A stretch of DNA of 35,551 bases from an uncultured Bacteroidales bacterium (GTDB taxonomy: Bacteria > Bacteroidota > Bacteroidia > Bacteroidales > CAZZDX01): NCBI GenBank assembly GCA_964582565.1, contig CAZOSY010000003.1:2178-37728 (forward strand), given 5' to 3'. Below the pieces are notes generated by a model that saw only the letters and a list, made by a program, of their open reading frames with translations, was not told the DNA's origin and ran no database searches. The position numbers and the translations under genes were made by a program. The first letter of the stretch is position 1, and every line of letters begins with the position of its first letter. Of the stretch, positions 1 to 7,396 are shown one piece after another.

Positions 1-128
1 CAACGTCTCTACAATGCATTGTAACGATCTACCTATGGTTTAAAAAAAAATTGGCTACCAAGTTCGGCTACTGACGAATGACGAATGACGAATTTTAGCC
101 AATTGATAATATGTTCACAAATTTTATG

Positions 129-136
129 TAATTTTG
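129..136 (+). promoter_or_regulatory. Bacteroidota-type -7 promoter box TAATTTTG
   Basis: Matches the established Bacteroidota TAnnTTTG -7 consensus, 30 nt upstream of the ATG at 166. It sits within the 21-nt string ACAAATTTTATGTAATTTTGT, which recurs almost exactly at 7352-7372. Confidence 0.45.
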
Positions 137-165
137 TAAAAAAATTTTTAACCAAATATAAAATC

Positions 166-885
166 ATGAAAATATTTAATCTGTCTGTAATCTTATTACT
201 TATATCATTTATAACTGCATTTAATAGTCATAATGATAAAAACAAAATTAAAGAGCAAGGTACTTTTATAATATCAAATAATAATCCACAAAATATTAAA
301 GAGCTTCCTTATACACGATATCATGTAAAATCCGGTATAGCAGAATACAATTTAACAGGCATACAAACAGGCACAGAGACAATATATTTTGATAAATGGG
401 GGATGCGTGAAGCAAAATATACAAAAGCAATAGTTACAATATTTGGTATGACTAAAAATTTGAATACCATGGAACTTACTGATAATAACTGGCATTATTC
501 TATTGATTTTGATACAAAAACAGGAACAAAATACAAAAACGACTCTCTGCAAATACAGGCACAACAAATGGAGACAAACGACCTGGTAATGATAGGAGAA
601 GAAAATATGAAAAAAATAGGTGGAGAAAAAACAGGCACAGAAAAAATTGCAGGCAAAACATGTGATATATGGAAAATAGAAAAAATAGGAGCTAAAATTT
701 GGCTTTGGAAAGGTATTTCTTTAAAAACTTATGTTAATATGCTGGGAATGGAAATGACTAATATTGCAACAAAAATTGATATAAATACTGATATCCCTGA
801 AAGTAAATTTGTAATTCCTGCAGATATAATTATTACAGAAACTACAAAAAAAACAAATAGCAGACATAATTATTATATAAAATAA
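166..885 (+). CDS. hypothetical secreted protein
   Basis: The ORF track gives 85..885. I prefer the internal ATG at 166, where MKIFNLSVILLLISFITAF is a signal-like hydrophobic N-terminus, because the promoter box lies inside the longer ORF. I recognised no family motif. Confidence 0.5.
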   Translation: MKIFNLSVILLLISFITAFNSHNDKNKIKEQGTFIISNNNPQNIKELPYTRYHVKSGIAEYNLTGIQTGTETIYFDKWGMREAKYTKAIVTIFGMTKNLNTMELTDNNWHYSIDFDTKTGTKYKNDSLQIQAQQMETNDLVMIGEENMKKIGGEKTGTEKIAGKTCDIWKIEKIGAKIWLWKGISLKTYVNMLGMEMTNIATKIDINTDIPESKFVIPADIIITETTKKTNSRHNYYIK

Positions 886-974
886 TTGTAATCGTTCACA
901 GGGCGCTAAAATTGGAAATTAGCACATTACAAATCCGATACAATAAACTATAACAACATTTTTAATATTAAAAA

Positions 975-3900
975 ATGAGACCTGATTTTAACGAAATATG
1001 CAAAAAACGTATCATTGTCTTTGATGGAGCAATGGGAACCAATATACAAAATTACAACTTAACTGATGATGATTTTGGAGGTAAAGACGGATGTAATGAA
1101 ATATTAAATATCTCCCGTCCTGATATTATCCGCCAAATACATGCATCTTTTTTTAAAGCAGGCAGTGATATTGTTGAGACCAATACTTTTGGCGCTAATG
1201 CCATTGTCCTGAAAGAATATGGAATATCAGACAAAGATTATGAACTGAATAAACATGCTGCTCAATTAGCCAAGTCCGTTGCTAATGATTTTTCAACAAA
1301 AGATAAACCAAGATGGGTTGCTGGCTCAATAGGACCGGGGACAAAATTGCCATCTCTTTTACAAATAACTTTTTCAGAGATAAAAACAGCTTATCGTCGT
1401 CAGGTGCAGGGATTGTTAGATGGTGGTGTTGATATGTTAATTACAGAGACATCGCAGGACTTATTACAGATTAAAGCCGCTTTGGTTGCTATTTTTGAAA
1501 TATTTAAAGAAAGAAAAATCAAAATACCTGTCATTACACAGGTAACTATGGAAGATACAGATGTTATGTTGCTTGGCTCTGATATGCTCACTGTAATCAC
1601 CGCTTTATCTCCTTTCCCTGTTGATGTATTAGGGATAAACTGTGCCACAGGACCTAAGCCAATGAGAAAACACATAAGAACTTTGGCTAAATACAGCAAA
1701 AAACTTATTTCTGTCCAACCTAATGCAGGATTGCCTGAAAATATAAATGGTAAATTAACATATAAACTACAACCAGAAGAATTTGCCTCTGATGTAAAAT
1801 ATTTTGCAGAAGAATTAGGTGCTAATATTGTTGGCGGATGCTGTGGGACAACCCCGGAATATCTTAAATTAGTTGCAGACAATGTTAAAAATATTATACC
1901 TAAAATCAGAAATCCAAAATTGGAGCCGGCAGCAGCAAGTTTATATAATGCTGTTCCTTATGATACAACACCTAAGCCCTTGATAATCGGAGAACGGGCT
2001 AATGCAAACGGGTCTAAAAAATTCAGAGAATATCTTCTTAGTAATGATATGAATGGAATGCTCTCTGTTATAAAAAAACAAGAACAGGAACAAGCTCATA
2101 TTATTGATGTTTGTGTTGCTTATACAGGTCTTGATGAACAAAAATTAATGAACGCTTTTATTCAACGATTAAATACTGATTGTCAAATCCCTCTCATGAT
2201 TGATTCTACTGAAATATCTGTAATTGAAAATGCTTTGCAACGTATTGGAGGAAAAGCAATAATAAATTCTGTTAATCTTGAAGACAAAGGAAAACATTTA
2301 GGGAAAATATTACAGTTATGTAAAAAATATGGTGCTGCTGTTGTAGCTCTTACTATTGACGAAGATGGTATGGCTAAAACTGCTGACAAAAAAGTAGAAA
2401 TTGCACATCGTATATATGATATAGCTGTAAATGAATATAACATTCTGCCGGAAGATATATTTTTTGATACATTAACATTTACTCTTGGAAGTGGTGCCAA
2501 AGAATATCGCAATGCTGCCGTAGAATCTATGAATGCTATAAAAAGAATTAAATCAGAACTGCCAGATGTTAAGACCATATTAGGCGTATCAAATGTATCT
2601 TTTGGATTAAAACCGGCAATAAGACATCGGCTTAATTCTGTGTTCCTTGCCAATGCTATAAAATACGGATTAGATGCTGCCATATTACACCCGGGAAAAA
2701 TAATATCTTTACATAAACTAAAACAAAAAGAAAAAAATATATTAGAAAATCTGATTTATAACACAAAAGAAAACGGAAAAAATCCTATTACCGAGATATT
2801 AAATTATTATGAGACACATGAAATAAAAAAGGACACTACTGAAGAATTAGAAAAATTATCAGTTGAACAACGGTTAAAAAAAAGAATTATTGATAGCAAC
2901 AACATAGGATTAGAAGAAGATTTGAAAGAATGTCTGAAAAACACTTCTGCTCTTGATATAATTAATAAAATATTACTTGACGGAATGAAGACAGTGGGCA
3001 AACTGTTTGGTTCAGGAGAAATGCAACTGCCTTTTGTTCTTCAATCTGCCGAGACAATGAAGACAGCAGTATCTTTACTCAAACCCTTTATGGAGAAAAA
3101 AACTCAGGCACAAGCAAGGGCATCTGCTATAATTGCTACTGTCAAAGGCGATGTTCACGATATAGGCAAAAATCTTGTAGATATTATATTAACTAATAAT
3201 GGGTTTAAAATATTTAATCTCGGTACAAAACAACCTGTTGAGTCAATATTAAAAGCATACAAGGACTCAAAAGTTGACATTATTGGAATGAGTGGATTAT
3301 TAGTGAGGTCAACTATTATAATGAAAGAATATCTGGAAGTAATGAATGAAAAAAATATATTGCCACCTGTAATTCTTGGAGGCGCAGCTCTTACACGAAA
3401 ATATGTAGAAAAAACTCTTGCTGATATTTATAATGGTGATGTATATTATGCCAAAGATGCTTTTGAAGCCCTTTCAATATTAACAAAAATATCTGATAAT
3501 AAAAAAAATAAATTATCTAAAAAAATCAGTAAAAAATCTGTAATTTATGATAAATCTGTTTCAGTAATAAAACCTAATATCAAACAAGAACCAAAACAAA
3601 ATCCTGTTAAAAATGTTATACCTCCAACTTCTCCTTTTTGGGGAACAAAAGTTGTAAAAGATATTCCTTTATCAAATATTCTGCCTTTTTTAAATAAAGA
3701 CACTCTGTATAAATTGCACTGGGGAATAAAAAAAGGCAAAAAATCAAAAGATGAATATACTAAAATAATTGACACTGAATTTGAGCCTATACTTAAAAAA
3801 CTTATACAAAAGGCAAAAAAACAAAATCTTATACAAGCTAAATTAATATATGGATATTTCCCTTGCAATTCTTATAAAAACAGCTTACTGATATACAAAA

Positions 3901-4436
3901 ATCCAAATGATAAAGATTATATAGTAAAATTTGATTTTCCAAGGCAAGACAAAGAAAACGGGTGGTGTATAATCGATTATTTTAATCCTGTCAACTCAGG
4001 AATACGCGATATAGCAGGATTTCAAATAGTAACAATAGGCGACAAAGCTTCCGAAGAATCACAACGTTTATTCAAATCAGACAAATACAAAGAATACTTA
4101 CTATGGAATGGATTTGCTTCTCAAATGGCTGAAGCATTAGCAGAATACTGGCATAAACAAATGCGTATTGAACTAAAAATAAATAACAATGACTCTAACG
4201 ACACAAAAAAAATATTCTCTTGTCATTATCAGGGTTGCAGATTTTCTCCCGGCTATGCTGCATGCCCGAACTTAGAAGACCAAAAAAAAATATTTCAATT
4301 ACTTAAGCCCGAACAAATTGGCATTAAACTTACCGAAGAATTTCAATTAATACCGGAACAATCTACATCATCTATCATTGTCCATCATCCGGATGCAAAA
4401 TATTTTTCTGTAAAAACACACAATAAAACAAAATAA
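975..4436 (+). CDS. metH: cobalamin-dependent methionine synthase
   Basis: 1153 aa with all modules present. The Hcy-binding domain has Zn-ligand cysteines (INCATGP, GGCCGTTP), followed by a pterin-binding barrel. The B12-binding domain has DVHDIGKN (DxHxxG), MSGLL and LGGAALT. The AdoMet-activation domain has RFSPGYAACP. Confidence 0.95.
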   Translation: MRPDFNEICKKRIIVFDGAMGTNIQNYNLTDDDFGGKDGCNEILNISRPDIIRQIHASFFKAGSDIVETNTFGANAIVLKEYGISDKDYELNKHAAQLAKSVANDFSTKDKPRWVAGSIGPGTKLPSLLQITFSEIKTAYRRQVQGLLDGGVDMLITETSQDLLQIKAALVAIFEIFKERKIKIPVITQVTMEDTDVMLLGSDMLTVITALSPFPVDVLGINCATGPKPMRKHIRTLAKYSKKLISVQPNAGLPENINGKLTYKLQPEEFASDVKYFAEELGANIVGGCCGTTPEYLKLVADNVKNIIPKIRNPKLEPAAASLYNAVPYDTTPKPLIIGERANANGSKKFREYLLSNDMNGMLSVIKKQEQEQAHIIDVCVAYTGLDEQKLMNAFIQRLNTDCQIPLMIDSTEISVIENALQRIGGKAIINSVNLEDKGKHLGKILQLCKKYGAAVVALTIDEDGMAKTADKKVEIAHRIYDIAVNEYNILPEDIFFDTLTFTLGSGAKEYRNAAVESMNAIKRIKSELPDVKTILGVSNVSFGLKPAIRHRLNSVFLANAIKYGLDAAILHPGKIISLHKLKQKEKNILENLIYNTKENGKNPITEILNYYETHEIKKDTTEELEKLSVEQRLKKRIIDSNNIGLEEDLKECLKNTSALDIINKILLDGMKTVGKLFGSGEMQLPFVLQSAETMKTAVSLLKPFMEKKTQAQARASAIIATVKGDVHDIGKNLVDIILTNNGFKIFNLGTKQPVESILKAYKDSKVDIIGMSGLLVRSTIIMKEYLEVMNEKNILPPVILGGAALTRKYVEKTLADIYNGDVYYAKDAFEALSILTKISDNKKNKLSKKISKKSVIYDKSVSVIKPNIKQEPKQNPVKNVIPPTSPFWGTKVVKDIPLSNILPFLNKDTLYKLHWGIKKGKKSKDEYTKIIDTEFEPILKKLIQKAKKQNLIQAKLIYGYFPCNSYKNSLLIYKNPNDKDYIVKFDFPRQDKENGWCIIDYFNPVNSGIRDIAGFQIVTIGDKASEESQRLFKSDKYKEYLLWNGFASQMAEALAEYWHKQMRIELKINNNDSNDTKKIFSCHYQGCRFSPGYAACPNLEDQKKIFQLLKPEQIGIKLTEEFQLIPEQSTSSIIVHHPDAKYFSVKTHNKTK

Positions 4437-4441
4437 AAAAT

Positions 4442-4465
4442 GACTAAAATTTAAGTATTTTAGTC
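4442..4465 (+). terminator. hairpin between metH and metF (weak terminator or attenuator)
   Basis: 9-bp stem GACTAAAAT/ATTTTAGTC with the 6-nt loop TTAAGT, followed by GTTTG. The T-tract is poor and the stem is AT-rich. Confidence 0.3.
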
Positions 4466-4506
4466 GTTTGTAATAAATATATGTTTAAAAAAATGTTTAA
4501 TAAAAA

Positions 4507-5463
4507 ATGAAAGTTACTGAACATCTAAAAAATACTGATAAGCCCATTTTTAGTTTTGAGATAATACCACCATTACGCGGGAAAAACAGTAATAACATTA
4601 TCAGGATTGTAGAACAATTGCAACAATTTAAGCCACCTTTTATTGATGTTACAAGCCATTCTTCTAAAATATATTATGAAAAAGATAAAGATGGTAAAGA
4701 AAAAAGATATATTACAAAAAAAAGACCAGGAACAACAGGTATATGCGGTGTTATACAAAACAGATTTAATATAGACACTGTTGCTCATATATTATGTAGT
4801 GGGTTTACAAGAGAAGAAACAGAAGATGTTCTTATTGAACTAAACTTTCTTGGAATACAAAATTTATTGCTTTTATACGGAGATGAAATAAATTATAAAA
4901 AAAATATAGAGAAAAACAGAACAGTAAATTTTTCTACTATTGACCTTATAAAACAAGTTAAAAATCTTAAAGATGCTAAATATATTGACGAAGTTATAAA
5001 TCCTGAGCCAATAGATTTCTGTATAGGCGTAGCTGCTTATCCTGAAAAACATTTTAAAGCTAAAACTCTAAAAGATGATATAAATTATCTGAAACAAAAA
5101 GTTGATGCAGGAGCCGATTATATTGTAACTCAAATGTTTTTTGATAATAACTATTTCTTTGATTTTGTAAAACTGTGCAGAGATGCAGGTATAACAGTTC
5201 CTGTCATCCCGGGTATAAAAATCCTTAACAAACAAAACCAGATAAACACTATACCTGAAAATTTCTATGTTAAAATACCTGAAACATTAAAAAATCAATT
5301 AACACAAAATCCTGAAAATGCCAGAGAAACAGGTATTAACTGGAGTATAAAACAATGTAAAGAACTGATAAATAATGGAGTAAAAAGCATTCATTTTTAT
5401 ATTATGAATGATACAAGTTCTGTTATACAGGTTATTAATAAACTTAACCTGAATAATTCATAA
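4507..5463 (+). CDS. metF: 5,10-methylenetetrahydrofolate reductase
   Basis: 318 aa. The N-terminal FSFEIIPP motif, the YPEKH segment and GADYIVTQMFFD are typical of MetF. The gene lies directly downstream of metH. Confidence 0.9.
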   Translation: MKVTEHLKNTDKPIFSFEIIPPLRGKNSNNIIRIVEQLQQFKPPFIDVTSHSSKIYYEKDKDGKEKRYITKKRPGTTGICGVIQNRFNIDTVAHILCSGFTREETEDVLIELNFLGIQNLLLLYGDEINYKKNIEKNRTVNFSTIDLIKQVKNLKDAKYIDEVINPEPIDFCIGVAAYPEKHFKAKTLKDDINYLKQKVDAGADYIVTQMFFDNNYFFDFVKLCRDAGITVPVIPGIKILNKQNQINTIPENFYVKIPETLKNQLTQNPENARETGINWSIKQCKELINNGVKSIHFYIMNDTSSVIQVINKLNLNNS

Positions 5464-5623
5464 GTTTTCGTTATGAGAGTTGAAAGTGCCAATAGAATTG
5501 GAAAGCACAGGATTGAGCATCGGAGATGTAGCAGAGCTACATTGAGAAGCGAAATCCGAGCATTTTCAATTATAGCAGGCAATTTCAACTCGTAATAGAT
5601 AATTTATGAATTATTCAGGTTAA
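5444..5623. repeat. 180-nt structured element E1 (unclassified ncRNA or MITE-like)
   Basis: Perfect 20-bp inverted arms TTAACCTGAATAATTCATAA (5444-5463) and TTATGAATTATTCAGGTTAA (5604-5623). Inner pairing is GAGTTGAAA/TTTCAACTC, and an internal hairpin is ATGTAGC-AGA-GCTACAT. The core is alignable to 9255-9397. Confidence 0.6.
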
Positions 5624-5770
5624 ACTTATTTGAATTATTTCTGGCATTAATTTTGATTATATATTTTTTAAAATGCCATATAAATGAATTAAAATTAAAA
5701 TGTTTAATATTGTTTAAAATTTTTTTTACAGACACTAATAATTTATAAATATATTTAAAATCAAAAAATT

Positions 5771-6832
5771 ATGAAAACCTCAAAAAATTATTCTTTTTTA
5801 TTGATAATCTGTCTTGGGTTGTTTATAGCTTCTTGTTCAACAACTTCTACCTCAGTACAGGTATTGGTTCCTGCAGAGATAACTGTCCCTCATCATATCA
5901 AAAAATTAGCAATTGCTAATCGTTCTTTACCTGCTAAAGGCGAACAGTTTTCCAATTTTATTGAAGGATTTCTTACAGGTGAATCTATTTGGGGAGACAA
6001 AGAAGGATCTAAAAGGTGTATTGAAGGACTTGCAAATAAATTAAATTCTTCACCAAGATTTGGTGCTACAATATCACATACATCTCTTAAAGGAACGGGA
6101 ACAAGAGAATTTTCTGTGCCTTTGCAATGGAATATGGTAAATAATATATGTAAACAATATAATGCAGACGCTCTAATCCTGCTTGAAACTTTTGATTCAA
6201 ACATTGCTTTTAAAACAGATAAAAAAACAAAAAAACAAAAAATTAAAAATAAAGAAACAGGAATAAGTAAAGATACTATTATAACTGAATATCTCGCTAA
6301 CTTGATTATCAATGTTAATGCTGGATGGCGAATCTATGACCCTGTTAACAAAAAAATAATTGATGAGGACTCTTTTATAGATGAAAAAAGATGGGGAAAA
6401 ACAGGTAAAAGTCCAGAAGATGTAGAAAGAAAATTACCTCCCAAAAGAGATGCAATAAATAGTGCCGGATATTTTGCAGGACAACAATTTGCAATAAGAA
6501 TATCACCTAACTGGAGAAACGTTGCAAGATATTACTATATTAAAGGACCTAATAATTACTTTAAAATGGCAAAGAATTATGCAAGAGCAGGTAACTGGGA
6601 TAAAGCTATGGACTTTTGGGAAAAACTAACCCCAAACCCAAATCACAAAATTGCAGGAAGAGCTTCTCATAATATGGCTGTAGCTAACGAAATGAAAGGA
6701 AACCTAAAACAAGCTCTCAAATGGGCAAATATTGCATATCAAGAACATAATATCAGAAAAGACAGATCTTATGTCAATGCTATTAGCCGTAGAATTATGG
6801 ATCAAGACAAACTTAAAGAACAAATGGAATAA
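5771..6832 (+). CDS. lipoprotein with C-terminal TPR-like repeats
   Basis: Signal peptide with lipobox LFIASC. The C-terminal helical repeats AKNYARAGNWDKAMDFWEKL and ANEMKGNLKQALKWANIAYQ resemble TPR units. Confidence 0.6.
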   Translation: MKTSKNYSFLLIICLGLFIASCSTTSTSVQVLVPAEITVPHHIKKLAIANRSLPAKGEQFSNFIEGFLTGESIWGDKEGSKRCIEGLANKLNSSPRFGATISHTSLKGTGTREFSVPLQWNMVNNICKQYNADALILLETFDSNIAFKTDKKTKKQKIKNKETGISKDTIITEYLANLIINVNAGWRIYDPVNKKIIDEDSFIDEKRWGKTGKSPEDVERKLPPKRDAINSAGYFAGQQFAIRISPNWRNVARYYYIKGPNNYFKMAKNYARAGNWDKAMDFWEKLTPNPNHKIAGRASHNMAVANEMKGNLKQALKWANIAYQEHNIRKDRSYVNAISRRIMDQDKLKEQME

Positions 6833-6910
6833 TATAACTGCCTGAAATAAAATTTGATTAGCTTATTGTAATAATCGGCAATCTACAGTAAACAGTCAGC
6901 AATTTTTTTG

Positions 6911-6918
6911 TAAATTTG
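6911..6918 (+). promoter_or_regulatory. orphan TAnnTTTG box (TAAATTTG) facing a repeat-filled noncoding tract
   Basis: An exact -7 consensus match, but the next plus-strand CDS starts about 480 nt away and has its own box at 7364-7371. Confidence 0.2.
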
Positions 6919-6985
6919 GTTCACAAATTTGTTAAATTCTTAACAACATCATCAGTTAGTCATGTTTGGCTACTGATTGCAAATT

Positions 6986-7048
6986 CCGTTGTAAATCCCG
7001 CATTTATACCGTTGGATATTATCCTACGGGATTTACCAACGGGGTAAA
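6986..7048. repeat. P-family hairpin repeat (CCGTTGG / CCAACGGGGTAAA / CCTACGGG motifs)
   Basis: TTTATACCGTTGGAT (7003-7017) and TTTACCAACGGGGTAAA (7032-7048) recur at 35364-35378 and 35393-35409. CCGTTGTAAATCCCG (6986-7000) is an alternative partner for CGGGATTTACCAACGG (7027-7042). Confidence 0.6.
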
Positions 7049-7074
7049 CTTTTGAATAAAGAAAATTGACTAAG

Positions 7075-7328
7075 GGATTCTAACAAAAGATTCCTCACTG
7101 CGTTCGGAATGACAGTTAATTATTTTTAGGTGGGTAAAGAGAGGCGTTTCGCCTTAGGCGAAACGCCTCTCTTTACCCATAATATATTAACCAAAATTAT
7201 CATTCCGAATGGAGCACATTCACTGGGTTCAGTGTAAACTCCACGGAATGAGGAATCTCAAGCTAAATTAAAATAGAGTAGATGGTAAAATACTATTTTA
7301 TGTAGCACCTCAAAATAATATTTAGCCA
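7075..7328. repeat. R-family nested-palindrome element, copy 1
   Basis: Central 23-bp perfect stem with a 3-nt loop (7131-7179). The middle arms are TTCGGAATGA/TCATTCCGAA. The outer arms are GATTCCTCA/TGAGGAATC (7089-7257). A 3-prime tail of about 70 nt follows. Direct copy of 9446-9675. Confidence 0.8.
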
Positions 7329-7363
7329 TAATTATTTTTTTTCTCGTCTTGACAAATTTTATG

Positions 7364-7371
7364 TAAATTTG
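7364..7371 (+). promoter_or_regulatory. Bacteroidota-type -7 promoter box TAAATTTG
   Basis: Lies 26 nt upstream of the ATG at 7397, within ACAAATTTTATGTAAATTTGT. That string is shared with 117-137 and partly with 24024-24045. Confidence 0.5.
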
Positions 7372-7396
7372 TCTTTTTTAATTAAAATATATAATT

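Noticed and set aside
1-33. Palindrome TACAATGCATTGTA (10-23) and its flanking partial arms at the window start, plus TCACCCCTAACCCCTCTCTAC at the window end (35531-35551)
   Set aside because: They look like further repeat-family members but are truncated by the window edges, so they cannot be defined.
85-165. N-terminal extension of the first ORF (MTNFSQLIICSQILCNFVKKFLTKYKI)
   Set aside because: It contains the TAnnTTTG promoter box and the heptamer repeat. The Met at 166 starts a proper signal-like peptide.
352-4788. Antisense or out-of-frame ORFs inside the first gene, metH and metF (352-567, 1052-1234, 1400-1882, 1941-2141, 2183-2683, 2807-3001, 3545-3868, 4573-4788)
   Set aside because: They are fully nested in confidently identified genes. 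Their sequences are low-complexity or hydrophobic, as expected from the opposite strand of AT-rich coding DNA.
5397-5588. 63-aa minus-strand ORF across the metF end and E1
   Set aside because: It overlaps metF and reads through the palindromic element. It is most simply a translation artefact of the repeat.
5442-5625. Integron attC site for E1 (ACTTAAC at 5442-5448 fits RYYYAAC; GTTAAAC at 5619-5625 fits GTTRRRY)
   Set aside because: E1 is longer than typical attC sites. The adjacent gene is core metF, no intI or cassette array is visible, and the homologous E2 lacks these end motifs. In AT-rich DNA the short consensus can match by chance.
5893-6312. 139-aa antisense ORF within the TPR lipoprotein gene
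   Set aside because: It is nested antisense, with no motif and no start context.
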